Part shown: positions 25,385-37,722 of the stretch, piece by piece
How positions within the stretch are numbered: the stretch's first letter is position 1
Layout of the letters: every line of letters begins with the position of its first letter
Assembly (NCBI GenBank): GCA_963575745.1
Contig: CAUYUJ010000285.1
Span: 62,001-115,849, forward strand
Source of the DNA: Prorocentrum cordatum
Lineage: Eukaryota
Direction: 5' to 3'
Length of the DNA stretch: 53,849 bases
Position numbers and translations under genes: made by a program
The notes under the pieces: generated by a model
What the model was told of the DNA's origin: nothing
Databases searched by the model: none
Seen by the model: the letters and a program-made list of their open reading frames with translations, nothing else

Positions 25385-26970
25385 GGGACACCGGCGGGAC
25401 ACCGCGGGACAGCGGCGGGACACCGCGGGCCACCGGCCGCCCGGGAGTCATTTGGTCCGGCCGCGCCTCAGCCACACGGGACACCAGCGGGACAACGGCG
25501 GGACACTGCCGGCCACCGGCCGCCCGGAAGGGAATCATTTGGTCCGGCCGCGCCTCAGCCACAGGAGACTTTCTCTCGCCCGCCCACGCAGCTTCGCCTC
25601 GCCCGTACGGCACGCACGAACACGAAACCGAAATCGATTTCCCGGTAAGGGGGCTCTCCGTTCCACTTCGATCTCACCCCCTCACCTCCGATGCACATAC
25701 ATACATACATACATTCATTCATACATACATACACGCATACATACATACATACATACATAAATACATACATACATACATAGACACATACATACATGCATGC
25801 ATGCATGCATACATACATTCATACGTACAAACAGTCATACATACAAACATACACACATACACGCATCAATCCACCCATCCATCCATACTTACGCACGCAC
25901 GTACGCACGTACCTACATACATACATGCATCCATACATACATACACACATACACACATACATTCATACATACATACATACATACATACATACATGCAGAC
26001 AGACAGACAGACAGACACACACATTCATGCATACATACATACCTAGACGACCACCCTTTATCGGTCTCGCTCGATCGATCTCACAATCGATATCACTCGA
26101 TCTATCTCACAATTGATCTGACTATCGATCTCACAATCGATCTCACAGTCGATATCACATTCGGTATCACGATCGATCTCACTATCGATATCACAACCGC
26201 TCCCACAATCAACGTCATCATCATAATCAACAACAACATCAGCATCAACATCATCATCACCAACATCATCATAATCGGGACACAGCCCTCATCATCAACA
26301 CCAACATCATCATCATCATCACGGTCATCAACATCATCGGGACACCACCATCATCATCATCACCACCATCACCACAATCATCATCATCATCATCAACATC
26401 AGCATCATCATCATCACCATCGGGACACAGTCATCGTCATCATCATCATCATCAGCAGCAGCATCATCATCGGGACACCATCATGATCACCATCGTTATC
26501 ATCATCATCATGATCATCGGGGCACCATCATCATCATCATCATCATCTGATCCTCATCATCGACATCATCATCATCAGCATCATCAACATCAGCATCGTC
26601 ATCATCATCGTCATCATCGGGGCACCATCATCATCATTACCAACATCAGCATCAACATCATCATCATCATCAACATCATCATCACCATCGGGACGCCATC
26701 ATCATCAACATCATCATCATCATCACCATCACAATAATTATCATCATCGGGACGCCATAATCATCATCAACCTCATCATCATCAACATCATCATCATTGG
26801 GACACAATCGTATTCAGCATAATCAACATCAACATCATCATACTCATCATCATCGGGACACCATCATCGTCATCATCATGGCCATAAACATAATCATCAT
26901 GATCATCCTCATCCTCATCATCGGGACACCATCAGCATCATCATCATCATCCTCATCATCATCATCATCG

Positions 26971-27011
<41 letters not shown>

Positions 27012-27156
27012 GGGACACCATCATCATCATCATCATCATCTCATCATCATCATCATCATCATCGTCCTCTTCATCACCATCATCATCAGCATCACCATCA
27101 TCATCATCGTCATCATCAACAGCATCATCATCATCATCATCATCATCAGCATCACG

Positions 27157-27204
<48 letters not shown>

Positions 27205-27236
27205 TTCATCATCATCAACATCAACATCAACATCAA

Positions 27237-27309
<73 letters not shown>

Positions 27310-27920
27310 GCGGGACACCGCGGGACACCGGCGGGGGACACCGCGGGGCACCGCGGACACCGCGGGACACCGCGGGACACCGGCGGGACACCGCGGGCCA
27401 CCGGCCGCCCGGAAGGGAATCATTTGGTCCGGCCGCGCCTCAGCCACACAGGACTTTCGCGGGACACCGGCGGGACACCGCGGGCCACCGGCCGCCCGGA
27501 AGGGAGTTATTTGGTCCGGCCACGCCTCAGCCACAGGAGATTGCCCGCCCACGCAGCTTCGCCTCGCCCGCACGCACGGCACGCACGAACACGAAACCGA
27601 AATCGATTTCCCGGTAGGGGGGCTCTCCGTCCCACTTCGATCTCACCCCCTCACCCCCGACATACATGCATGCATGCATACCCACATACCCACATACCCA
27701 CATACCCACATACCCACATACCCACATACCCACATACACACATACACACACACACACACATATACACATGCACACATACATACATACATACATACATACA
27801 TACATACACATACATACATACATACATTACATTACATTACATTACATTACATTACATTACATTACATTACATTACATTACATTACATTACATTACATTAC
27901 ATACATTATATACATACATG
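25385..27920. repeat. Two copies of a ~310-bp GC-rich module (25385-25690; ~27360-27660) with intervening (CATA)n and (CAT)n and trailing (TACAT)n
   Basis: Shared cgggacaccg repeats, tttggtccggccgcgcctcagccac and cacgaaaccgaaatcgatttcccggta. Confidence 0.85.
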
Positions 27921-30900
27921 CGACATCTGTATATTTCACCACTCGCTCTGTCTGCTCGTGGCCCGCTCCGCCGCCCCCGCCGCGGACCGCGCGCCCTGCC
28001 GCCTCTCCTTCCCCCGGTGCGCCTCCCACCACACCCCACGACCGTCCAGCAGTGCGGCGGACACTCATCGGCGGCGGGCCCTGGGGGGGAAGTGGGGGGG
28101 GAGCAGGCCTTCGCTCGCGGCGGCGGGGCTTCCTAGAAGCCCCCGCACCTTCTGGGGAGCCCCGTGGCCCTTCTCCAAGGCCACAGGCTGCCTCTCAGAG
28201 GGCGCGGGGGCTGCTGGGAGGTCACGCCTGCGTCTGAGGAGGCCTGCCCCCTCTCACGTCCACCTGGGCTCGCCGCCGATCCGAAGGAAGCGGCGCACGA
28301 CGCCGTTGGCACTGGCTGCGCACGCGGGCGTTCGCCAGGGCCGCGCCACGCGGGAGACGACCACGAAGAGCCACACGGGGCCACGGGCCGCCGAACTGAA
28401 TCCTTGCCCTCGCCCCGCGCACGAGGCGGCTGCCAGGCGCCCCAGGACATGGGCAACCGAGACATGCCCAACGCCACCAGGGAAGCAAGTGAACAATCCA
28501 GCTGCCACTCGAGCGCAGAGAAGAAGGAGGAAAGGTCAACGTGGTGAGGAGGGGAAGTAAGGGACTCTCAGGGCCAAACAATCGCGTGGGTCCCATGACG
28601 CAGACACGCACGGATAATCGACTGACACGACAACAATAAACAGCAAGCTAATCAGAATAGGTCCCGTGCTGAGAGACCAAAGCTCTGCACATAGAAGGCC
28701 TCCCACCTGGGCCGGGCCCCCGACCTGGCGACTGAAAGGGGAAGCTGAATACCAATGGCTGGCTGGCAACTGAAGATCGCCATGCTCAAACGGCCTGGAA
28801 GCACCAATGGCCCTGGCAGCGGGGGGCCAGCCGGCCCTGCAGTATGGGAGGCTGGGTAGGGGGGGGGTGAGATCGACAGAGCGGGTGTTCTCCGTTTTCC
28901 TTCGGTTCCTGTGGACATCCGATTCCCAAATTCCGATTCCTGGGAAACGTGGCCGGGGATCTCTCTTTCCAATGGGGCATCCGAAACCGAAGCCGGTCTC
29001 CTGGGGACATCGGTTTCGGCTTCGGCTCGTGCCACGCGCGCGGGCGAGGCATAGCTGCGCGAGGGCGAGGAAGAGACCCTCGGGCTACACGCAGCACGTG
29101 GGGTGACCTTCGCTGCGCGGTTTTCTGGCGCCGTGGGGACACCACTCCGACGCGCGCAGGCCAATGCTGGGGTCGCCCTGTGGGCCCGCACTGTAGGCCA
29201 CTCCGGCGAGGGGCCACTCTAACGCATACTCCGGGATTCTCAATAAGCGTCGGGGGGGCGTCACCCCCGCCGACAGCCCCACACCGATCCCCGTCGCGGG
29301 CAGCCACCGCGCGCCGAAGGCGCTCCGAACCCCGTCGCGGCGCGACGACGAGGCGAGTTTGACCCCCGTCGGGAAAGGTACCCCCCTCCCCCCGCTTACT
29401 ACTAAGAAGCCCAAATCGCCGAATCCTTCCCCTGCCCCCCGCCGGCCGGCAGGTGGGCCCTGGGCTTTCCCGTTGCTGGCTGTCCCGGCTGTCCGTGCTG
29501 CCCCTGGGGGAACCACAAGGCACCAGTGCCGCTGCTCCCCGGAGCTCTCCCAGGGGGGCGCTCTGACCAAAATGTCGGGCGACTCCAGCGGTGGCGACGA
29601 GGGCCCACCAAGAGGCCCAAAGAGGCGAAAACGAGGCAAGGGTAGCGGTATCAGTACCCGTTCCTCCTCTGAGTCCCTGGGCCGTGAGATGGCTCGCTGA
29701 TTTCTCGGATCGGCGCGCTCCCCCCCTCCCCGCACCTGGCGCGCGTAGCGCGCCAGGGGCGTTCCCGCCAAGGGCACCCGGCGCCGATCCGAGAAATCCG
29801 ATTTGGCCTCCGAAAGTTCATGCTCATGCCAAGTTTTGTTCTCCGAGTCCCGTTGCGCGTGAGCCCTGGGTCGCCCAGCGGCCATCCCAGTGGTTGCCCC
29901 GTTGCTGCCAGTCCTGGGGCTGCCCTGCGCCGCTTGCTCTGTGTGCGGCCGTCCGCGTGCGGCTGTCCTCTGCGCGCGTCCGAGGTGGCTGTTCCGCAGT
30001 CGCCCCATGCGCTGGTTACGCGGTCGTCCCGCGGCTGCCCTGCAGTCTTCGCGCTGCCATGAGGAGCCATGGGGCTTTCGAGCCTCGGCCGTTCCACGAC
30101 CTGGATCTAAGGAGCGGTCCAAACACCAAGGCTCCCCCGAACCAGAAGTGGTCCCAAGAACCCTCCAGAAGCGCCCAAGACGCCTTTTTCCTTTCAAGCC
30201 CGAAGGATCCAGATTCAAGCGGGACACCAGCTGCCGCACATATTGACAGAAGCGTTGCGAAACCTCTAAACTCCGCCCGAGGTTCTGTCCAGAGGAGGCT
30301 TAACATACGAAGCCGACGCAGATACATGCAAACAAATGCGAACCACTCAGAGAGCCCGCAGCTGCAGTGGTCCTCGCCAACACGCGCCCGAGGCGCACAA
30401 CCCCCTGTTGGCGGGGCTGGCCCTCAGGTGCGGGGGCCGCGAAAGCTGGACCCCTTGCCCTTTGCACTACGATCGCTCCTCCCTTCCCCCCCGCGTGGGC
30501 GTCTAAGGATTTGGACACTGAGCGGGATCCTGGACTCAAGGACTTCCGATGCGAATGAGGGCTCTTGGGGCTGATCACCAGCCGCGAAGAAGGCAGAGGA
30601 GGGAGGCGGAGGGTGAGGAGCAGGAGGAGGACGAGAGGGGACAGAACCTTGCACCATCATTGTTGCAAGACGGGCAGTGTGCAAACGGGCGGGCGGAAGC
30701 CTTAATGCATCACGGTCCGCTGCTAGCTGTGGTCCTCCAGGAGCTTGCACCCGCTCGAGCGGTCCGCGGGGTGCTGGGCCGTGGAGCCGAACGCCGCCCT
30801 CGGCGACGACCGCAGCTTTCAGGAAGTCCTCGATCGGTGGGGCCAGCCTGCGACTCTTGCTCACGTGCCACGCCAGCGTGCAAAGCAATTGACCCTCATC

Positions 30901-31444
30901 TCTGCAACGTGCGACATGCAGGCCGATGAGAGGTGAGCGGTGCAGATTCTGAGCATGTCCGCAACCTGGTTCCTCTCTTTTTCATCGCCCCAAAATCTCG
31001 CAGCGATTTGGGGGGCAGGAAAATCCTGGGAGCGGGCCCCTTGGTGGCCTCTTCCCCTCGGGGCCTCTGCGGCTTTCAATGCTCGCTCTCACTGCTTGGC
31101 AGTGCCCTGGCGGCGCCGCGGACCTTTCTCACAGTCGGTGGCCGCTGGCCGGCGGATTTGGCGGTGCCACGCCCTGCCTCCTTCCGCTTGTCTTCCGCTT
31201 CTGTTGCTGGCGGCTGGTTGGTGATTGATTGGCAGGCTTCTCGTCCCAGACTGCCCCGCGTGCCCGGATAGCACCTGTGGCAGTTGCTGTTCGCTCTCGC
31301 CCTGGCGCCGGCTACCGTTCATACGCCTCAGCGCTGGCCACCCCATGGTTCGGCTGGTGTGTCGCTGGTGCTCTCGTCGCCACTCTGAGCCCTGCCCGTG
31401 CTCTCGTTGCCACGGGTTGGGGGTTGGCACTGCTCGGCATCGGC

Positions 31445-32295
31445 AGCCCAGGTGTGCTGTGCATCGCTTCTGCCCCAGGTGTGGCAGCGTTTTCGGGCCC
31501 AGGTGTGCTCGCTCGGCGTTGTACAGCCCAGGTGTGCTGTGCATCGTTTCTGCCCCAGGTGTGGCAGCAATTTCGGGCCCAGGTGTGCTCGCTGGCGTGG
31601 TGCAGCCCAGGTGTGCTGTGCATCGCTTCTGCCCCAGGTGTGGCAGCGATTTCGGGCCCAGGTGTGCTCGCTCGGCGTTGTGCGGCCCAGGTGTGCTGTG
31701 CATCGCTTCTGCCCCAGGTGTGGCAGCAATTCCGGGCCCAGGTGTGCTCGCTCGGCGTTGTCAGGCCCGGGCTGTTGTGCGTCGCTCTGCCCCAGGTGTG
31801 GCAACAGTTTCGGGCCCAGGTGTGCTCGTGTGGCGTTGTCCAGTCCAGGTGTGCTGTGCGTCGTTTCTGCCCCAGGTGTGGCTGCAGTTTCGGGCCCAGT
31901 CGTTCCTGCCCCGGGTGTGGCAGCGTGTGCAAGCCAGGTGTGCCGGGCCGTTGCAGCCAGTGCTGCTGCGTGTCGTCGTGCCCCTGGGGAGGCAGCGTTT
32001 TCGGGCCCAGGGGCGCTCGCTCGTTGCCAGCCCCGATGTGCTGCACATGGCTTCTGCCCCAGGTGCGGCAGTGCTTGGGGCCCAGGTGGGCTCTGTCGGC
32101 CCTGTGCCGGCCCGTCTGTGCCGCACGGGAGCCTCTTCGGGCTCAGGGGTGTTCTGTTGGGGGCTGTACCTGCCATCGTTTCTGGCCAGGTGCGCAGTTT
32201 CTGCGGGCCCACGTGGGCTCGGCCTGCGGTGTGCTACCCCTGGTGTGCTGCGCGGCACTTCTGCCCCAGGTGTGGCGGTGTCTTCGGGGCCAGGT
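31445..32295 (+). repeat. Minisatellite in the element A 5' region (core cccaggtgtg, ~27-31 bp units in ~85 bp higher-order blocks)
   Basis: More than 20 visible copies of cccaggtgtg. Confidence 0.85.
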
Positions 32296-32441
32296 CTGCC
32301 GTATCGGGCCAGCCCCAGTGGGCTGCGCATTGGCTGCGCCCCGGGTTGGCTGCTAAGCGCTCGTGCATTGAACGTGGAGACGTTTCGGACCCAGGCGTGT
32401 CCAGGGGGCAAGGCCCCGCTCCAGGCATGTATTGGCCGTTG

Positions 32442-32463
32442 TGCGCAGTCACTTGGGCTCAAG
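32442..32463 (+). promoter_or_regulatory. SL-like motif 52 nt upstream of the A gag ATG
   Basis: tgcgcagtcacttgggctcaag, 17/22. Confidence 0.65.
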
Positions 32464-32515
32464 CTGCCTGCCGCTCAGTTTGCGCCCCCTACGCTGGCGT
32501 CTTCTGCCATCACTA

Positions 32516-33781
32516 ATGGCTTTCGCGCACCAGGATGTGCTTGCCTTCGTTGCTGGGTTGCCCCAGGGTGCCCTGGGAGGCGCGGCGCAACAGGACATGG
32601 TGGAGTGGTGCTCGTTCCTGCTCGACGTTGATCCGTCGCCGAAGGCGAAGCACGACCTCTTCTGGTACCTGTCCGTCGGGCGCCTGCTGGGGGAGACGAT
32701 GGGCTCCATCTCTCCCCTGGACTTGGCCGAGCCTGCCATGCGGGACGTCATCAGCAGCACGATCAAACACGGCGAGAAGCCGTACGACAAGGATGGTGAG
32801 AGCCCCGTGTTCCGTGCGTGGGCAGTGCAGCCAGCCCAGATCGCCTTCGCACTCCGTGTTCAGAGGAAGTGCGGGGCCACAGAGCCGCCCCCTCCAACTC
32901 CCGAGGCCACCTTGGCTTCCACGATGCGCGAGTACTTGGAGGCCCAGGCGGCCACCCACAAGCGGTCAACCAAGGCGCTTTCTTTTAAGCTGTCTGAGCG
33001 GGTTGCTGAGCTTGGCATGGCCACCTTCCCGGAGGATCTGCTGCCATCGGAAGAGAACTTGGCTGTTTTCGAAGCGGCAGGCCGCGTCGCACGTGACAAA
33101 GGCCGCTTGTACATCGGCAGCGCAGAAGGCGAGGACCTGCAAAGGAACTTTCGCCCTTCATGGTCACGCGTGCCGGCCGTCGAGGTCCCCGGTGGGGACG
33201 GGTCGGTGCCCGACCGCCAGCGGCAGATGGCCGAGCTGAAGCGCGCTCGCGCCGCCACGGAGGTCGACTACCCCGGCTACGCCACTTTCCAGGCCCATTT
33301 GCTTGATTGGGGAGTCAAGCTGATCCTCATGAAAACCGCCACCCCCCAGGACATCCTGGGGTACAGCTTCCTGCTGGCCAAGGTGGCGGAGGAGCACGGC
33401 GGCGCCCGCGCCGCGTACCAGTACGACATCCTGGCGCGGAAAGCGATGGCCAAGGGCCTAGAGAAGGGCGACGCCGACTGGAAAGTGATGTTCTCCAGGA
33501 TCGACCGGGACTTGGCCAAGGAGGCCAGGGGCAAGGTGACGGCCAGGGCTTCTGATGCTGCGAAGTTCGCCCACACCAAGGGCAAGGGCAAGGGGAAAGC
33601 CGACGGCGCCGCTCAGAAGGGCGGTTCCGGTCACGGCTCTGCCGCCAGCTCGGCGGCGCAGTCCCCTGCGCCCAGGTCTCCGTTGGTGCCGCCGCGCTCG
33701 CGCAGCCCGCGCAAGCAGCAGGGCGGCTGGCAGGGCGGCTGGCAGAGCCAGGACCGCGGCGCCAAAGCGTGGAAGAAGTGA
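32516..33781 (+). CDS. gag: Element A gag-like protein (421 aa)
   Basis: Clearly homologous to the ORFs at 44170-45523 and 47370-48713 (AKHDL, IGSAEGEDL, RPSWSR, YATF, AEEHGG.R.AYQYDIL.RKAMA); position upstream of RT. Confidence 0.85.
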   Translation: MAFAHQDVLAFVAGLPQGALGGAAQQDMVEWCSFLLDVDPSPKAKHDLFWYLSVGRLLGETMGSISPLDLAEPAMRDVISSTIKHGEKPYDKDGESPVFRAWAVQPAQIAFALRVQRKCGATEPPPPTPEATLASTMREYLEAQAATHKRSTKALSFKLSERVAELGMATFPEDLLPSEENLAVFEAAGRVARDKGRLYIGSAEGEDLQRNFRPSWSRVPAVEVPGGDGSVPDRQRQMAELKRARAATEVDYPGYATFQAHLLDWGVKLILMKTATPQDILGYSFLLAKVAEEHGGARAAYQYDILARKAMAKGLEKGDADWKVMFSRIDRDLAKEARGKVTARASDAAKFAHTKGKGKGKADGAAQKGGSGHGSAASSAAQSPAPRSPLVPPRSRSPRKQQGGWQGGWQSQDRGAKAWKK

Positions 33782-34516
33782 GCGGCTTTCGTTAGCGGAA
33801 ACAGCAGTGAAGATTCTCGTGCGGCCGCTCTCCTCTGGGATGGTCCTGTGCGCTCGCACGGACCGTTGGGCGACACACAGCGTGCAGCCGGGCAGGGGAG
33901 CACGAGAGACCCCAAGGAGCCCTCGAGACCCAGCCCGGCTAGCACACAAGACACCCCAGGGAGGGCGGGCGGGAAAGCCGGCCGCGCCGGCAAAAGCGAC
34001 GCCCCAGGCGACCAACGCCCGCGGCCCGCAGGAGGGCGCGCCGGCCCGCCAGAGCGTCGCCCCGACGAGGCCGCGCGCGCCCAGGCCACACTGCACAGCC
34101 GTTGGCCTGCAGCGTAGCCACGCGGCCCCCACGGGAGCACTGGCCGATATTTGCTACCCCGCCTCGGGCCCGGGCGGCAAGGGGAGCGGAGACGCCGAAA
34201 GGCAACCGAATCACCGAATCCCCGAATGGGGACAGAAGCGGCCTGTGAGAATCTTCCTCCCCAGAACCAAAGCTTAGGGATGATGAAGATTCTCGTGCGG
34301 CCGCTCTCCTCTGGGATGGTCCTGTGCGCTCGCACGGACCGTTGGGCGACACACAGCGTGCAGCCGGGCAGGGGAGCACGAGAGACCCCAAGGAGCCCTC
34401 GAGACCCAATGCTGGGGCTCTCGGCGACCCGGACCCCAACCCCACTGCTGACGACGAGAGCACAGCAGCACTGATGATGGCACAGACCCGACGATGATTT
34501 TCACAGTCTCCACTGC

Positions 34517-36020
34517 TCACGGCGCGCCGTCGGACGCAGACGAGTCCGAAAACTCCACTGGCCACTCCGCAGCAGTCATGGCGTCTCTGGAGGCGGCAGA
34601 GGCGTAGCCGAACGCAGCGACGCCACGCCAGCCTCCACTGTGGAAGAGCGCCGGCACGCCGCCCGCCGCTAAACACTCGTCCGCCCAGCCTCTGCGGAAG
34701 GCATGTGTACCCCACTCGGCCGCGCGCTCGAAGCCGAGCGCCAGCGCCGATGCTTTCAGCGTGGCCAGAGCCGCCCTGTAGGACAGGCCAGGGAAGAGGC
34801 GCCCCCGCCCAGCCCGGCGCTGCAGGACGCACACCCCGCACAGCTGCCGCGACTGGAGAACGCAGATGCACCGCCTCGTCACCACCACTGTCTCTGTGTG
34901 CATCTTGCGCTTGTGCAAGTAGATGCACGCCTTGGGCAAGCCCCCGTCGACCGAGAGCACGACCCTGGAGTGCGACCCGTCGCTCCAGAGGCACCACCTC
35001 CGACGCGAAACGGAGACAGAAATGTCTGGCGACCACGAAGGAATCCGCCACCAGCGGATCCCGGAGCACCTCCCGCACGTGGCCAGCAACGCTGCGGGTG
35101 TCGTGCGCACTGGCCCGCGCTCGAAAGCGGCTCGTGCCGGGCACCGTTTTGGCGGCCCCCCGTGCCAGATTTGAGGTATCTTCCAAACACCCCAGAGGGA
35201 CCCGGACCAACCGCAGGGCCGCCCGGACCTGTGTGCAGTACGTCATCAGCGTGTTGCCGTTCTGCACTGCGAAAGGGCCCTTGGCTACCTGGCCCCAAAG
35301 CCGCACTGCGGACGCATACTTGTAAGCACTCCGATGCCACCCGCAGAGCTCTCGTCTCAAAAGCTCCTGCGTCGCTGCAAACTCAGACATATTGCCCACC
35401 AGTTGCAAAGCACGCTCTCTCGGGTTGCCCCCTGCGCCTCCGTGACGCCGAGCCCATGCCACTTGGAGCTCTTCAGGCGTAACGCGGCCCAGCGTTTGCA
35501 CTGCGTCGGCCAAGTCCTTGGGCTCCAGGAACGTCCTCCGAAAGCGAGCTGCGGCCAGGAAGCCAAGAGCAGCAAGGGCAGCTTCAGCTTCGCCCCCTTC
35601 TGGCCCTGCGGGCGTGGCGCTTTCCACCAAAGGCGATGCGACCTCACCGCTCGGGCCGCCGCTGCCCTGGGAGTGCCCTGCCGGCGGCGCCACAGGAGAG
35701 CGCTTCCCGGAAGGGAAAATGGCCAAGAATTCACTGGCCAGCTCTCGAAGGCACGGCCAGACGTCCCGAAGTTCCTGCACACTCATGTCGTTGAAGTCAT
35801 CTCCAACCACGGCCCCGCCACTGGCGAGAGCGCGCAACACATTGTCAGGCGATGCCGGGTGGTAACGCGGCGGCGTGCGCCGAATCACCCCTGTAAACCA
35901 CTGTGCAAGAGCAGGCGGCACCACATCATGGGAGCATGCTTCTTCTGGCGGCTCAGGGTCCGAAGCGCCATCGCCCAAAGCCCACCGCGCGCGTTTGCGG
36001 TTGATGAACTCAAGTGCCAT
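34517..36020 (-). CDS. Element B tyrosine recombinase, one frameshift near 34975
   Basis: Starts MALEFINRKRARW; FCLRFASE (R), WGTHAFRRG (HxxR), GGWRG, FGYA (Y). Confidence 0.85.
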
Positions 36021-36042
36021 GTTGGGCCAAGCTGACTACGGA
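36021..36042 (-). promoter_or_regulatory. Dinoflagellate spliced-leader-like 22-mer abutting the B YR ATG
   Basis: tccgtagtcagcttggcccaac vs DCCGTAGCCATTTTGGCTCAAG, 17/22. Confidence 0.7.
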
Positions 36043-36136
36043 TGACTGCGTGGGAGGCCGTGCGCCGGAGTACGCGGCAAGAAACGCTGACGAATCAACA
36101 ACTGCACTTTTTTCCTTCCTCGCGAATGCATGCCCG

Positions 36137-37440
36137 TCACCGCCTGTGCTGCCAGAAATCCACTGCCGGCCAAGCCCACTCGAGGCGAGCGAAGCCGCGA
36201 GAGACCAGCTGTGCCAACTCCGATGCCTTCTGCTCTGGACGAGTTGGCCAGTCTGCCAAATTTAAATGTGAAGGCACGCGGAATGCACTTAAAAAGTGGC
36301 CACGGTCTGCTGCAGCAAACCACACGCCAGCCACCATAGCATTCCAGTCACGCTGGCGGGAGCACCCGCGGAGCAGCGTCCCGAGTGCGACTGTCGAGTC
36401 GATGAAAATCACAACGTCGAGCCCCGCTGCGCCTTCGGGCAGACTGAAAAACTGCCAGAGTGCACACACTGCAGCTACTAGTTCCCAGGTGTGGATTTGC
36501 TGCTGACGCGGGCAGGCCCACCTCGCAAGCCAGCCCGGCACTGGCGCTGAAGCGAAAAACTTACGCCCGGCCAGCACTGCCACCCAAGCCAGCACGCCTG
36601 CTCCCGAGGCGTCAGTGTACACCACCAAACGTGGCTTCACCGATGGCGACAGCGGGACGGCCCTGCTTGGCTGCGAATTGAGGAAACGCTGCCACCACAG
36701 GAGCGCAAAGCGCAAACGCTTGGAGATGCGAGTGCTTCTCCCGGCTGAATGCCGGAAGAGCGGCGCCAGATAGACGCGCGCGCCCTTCCCGAAGACTGCT
36801 GTGGCCCCCCAGCTGAGCCGGCCGGCCAACTTCTGCGCGCGCGCTGGCGTTAAACGCTGGTCCCGGAGCACCTCTGCGATTTCCGCCAGCCACTTGGCGC
36901 ACTTGTCGCTGGGCACGACAAAATTTAAACACTCTGTGGTTGCGTCCACGGACACACGAACGCCCAGCGCAACAAAACTCAACGCTGCCGTAACTGCTTT
37001 ATGTGAATCAAGACGCCAGCCCAGCAAGTCCTGGATGACGAATCTAGCTAAAGAGGCGGCGCCTACGGCGCTATCACCCCATTCGTGCGCTTGCTCTGCA
37101 TCAATGCCGAAAAAATCGTCCACGAAACGTGGATACACGATGCTAAACAAACGCAAAAGTATGGCTTGAAAAGCCGCGCCCACGCGCTGCCAGGCATGGA
37201 CACTCGCCTTCCCCCCAAATGGACAGCAGAACAGCTGCAGGAACTGATCCTGCGAGACGGACTCCGCCGTCACAGCGGCCGCAAACGGGAGGTGCTCACT
37301 ATGCAGCGGGAGAGTTTTGTAGGCCTCGCAGACGTCATCCTTGCGGAAGCGGACGTCCGCTGCGCTGGCTCCACCAGCGACGAGGCACTGCGCCGCCGCC
37401 ACTAAATCATCGAGAGTTTCGTGGGCGACGCGTTCGGAGA
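36137..37440 (-). pseudogene. pol: Element B 5'-truncated RT-RNase H
   Basis: HETLD, RKDDVCEAYKTLP, CPFG, RFVDD, YTDASG, TWEL, FIDS, RVPSHLNLADWPTR; fused directly to repeat A1. Confidence 0.88.
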
Positions 37441-37722
37441 CCCAGGCGACCAACGCCCGCGGCCCGCAGGAGGGCGCGCCGGCCCGCCAGAGCGTCGCCC
37501 CGACGAGGCCGCGCGCGCCCAGGCCACACTGCACAGCCGTTGGCCTGCAGCGTAGCCACGCGGCCCCCACGGGAGCACTGGCCGATATTTGCTACCCCGC
37601 CTCGGGCCCGGGCGGCAAGGGGAGCGGAGACGCCGAAAGGCAACCGAATCACCGAATCCCCGGATGGGGACAGAAGCGGCCTGTGAGAATCTTCCTCCCC
37701 AGAACCAAAGCTTAGGGATGAT

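Noticed and set aside
11405..30935. Possible small host exons (~11410-11470, ~17080-17115, ~30740-30931)
   Set aside because: Short, with no recognisable protein similarity; cannot be supported without RNA data.
27920..30980. ORFs of up to 384 aa in unique GC-rich sequence
   Set aside because: Arg/Pro/Gly-biased, overlapping on both strands, with no motifs.
31225..32631. Cys-rich ORFs of 370-470 aa upstream of A gag
   Set aside because: Produced by the cccaggtgtg minisatellite, which is open in several frames on both strands.
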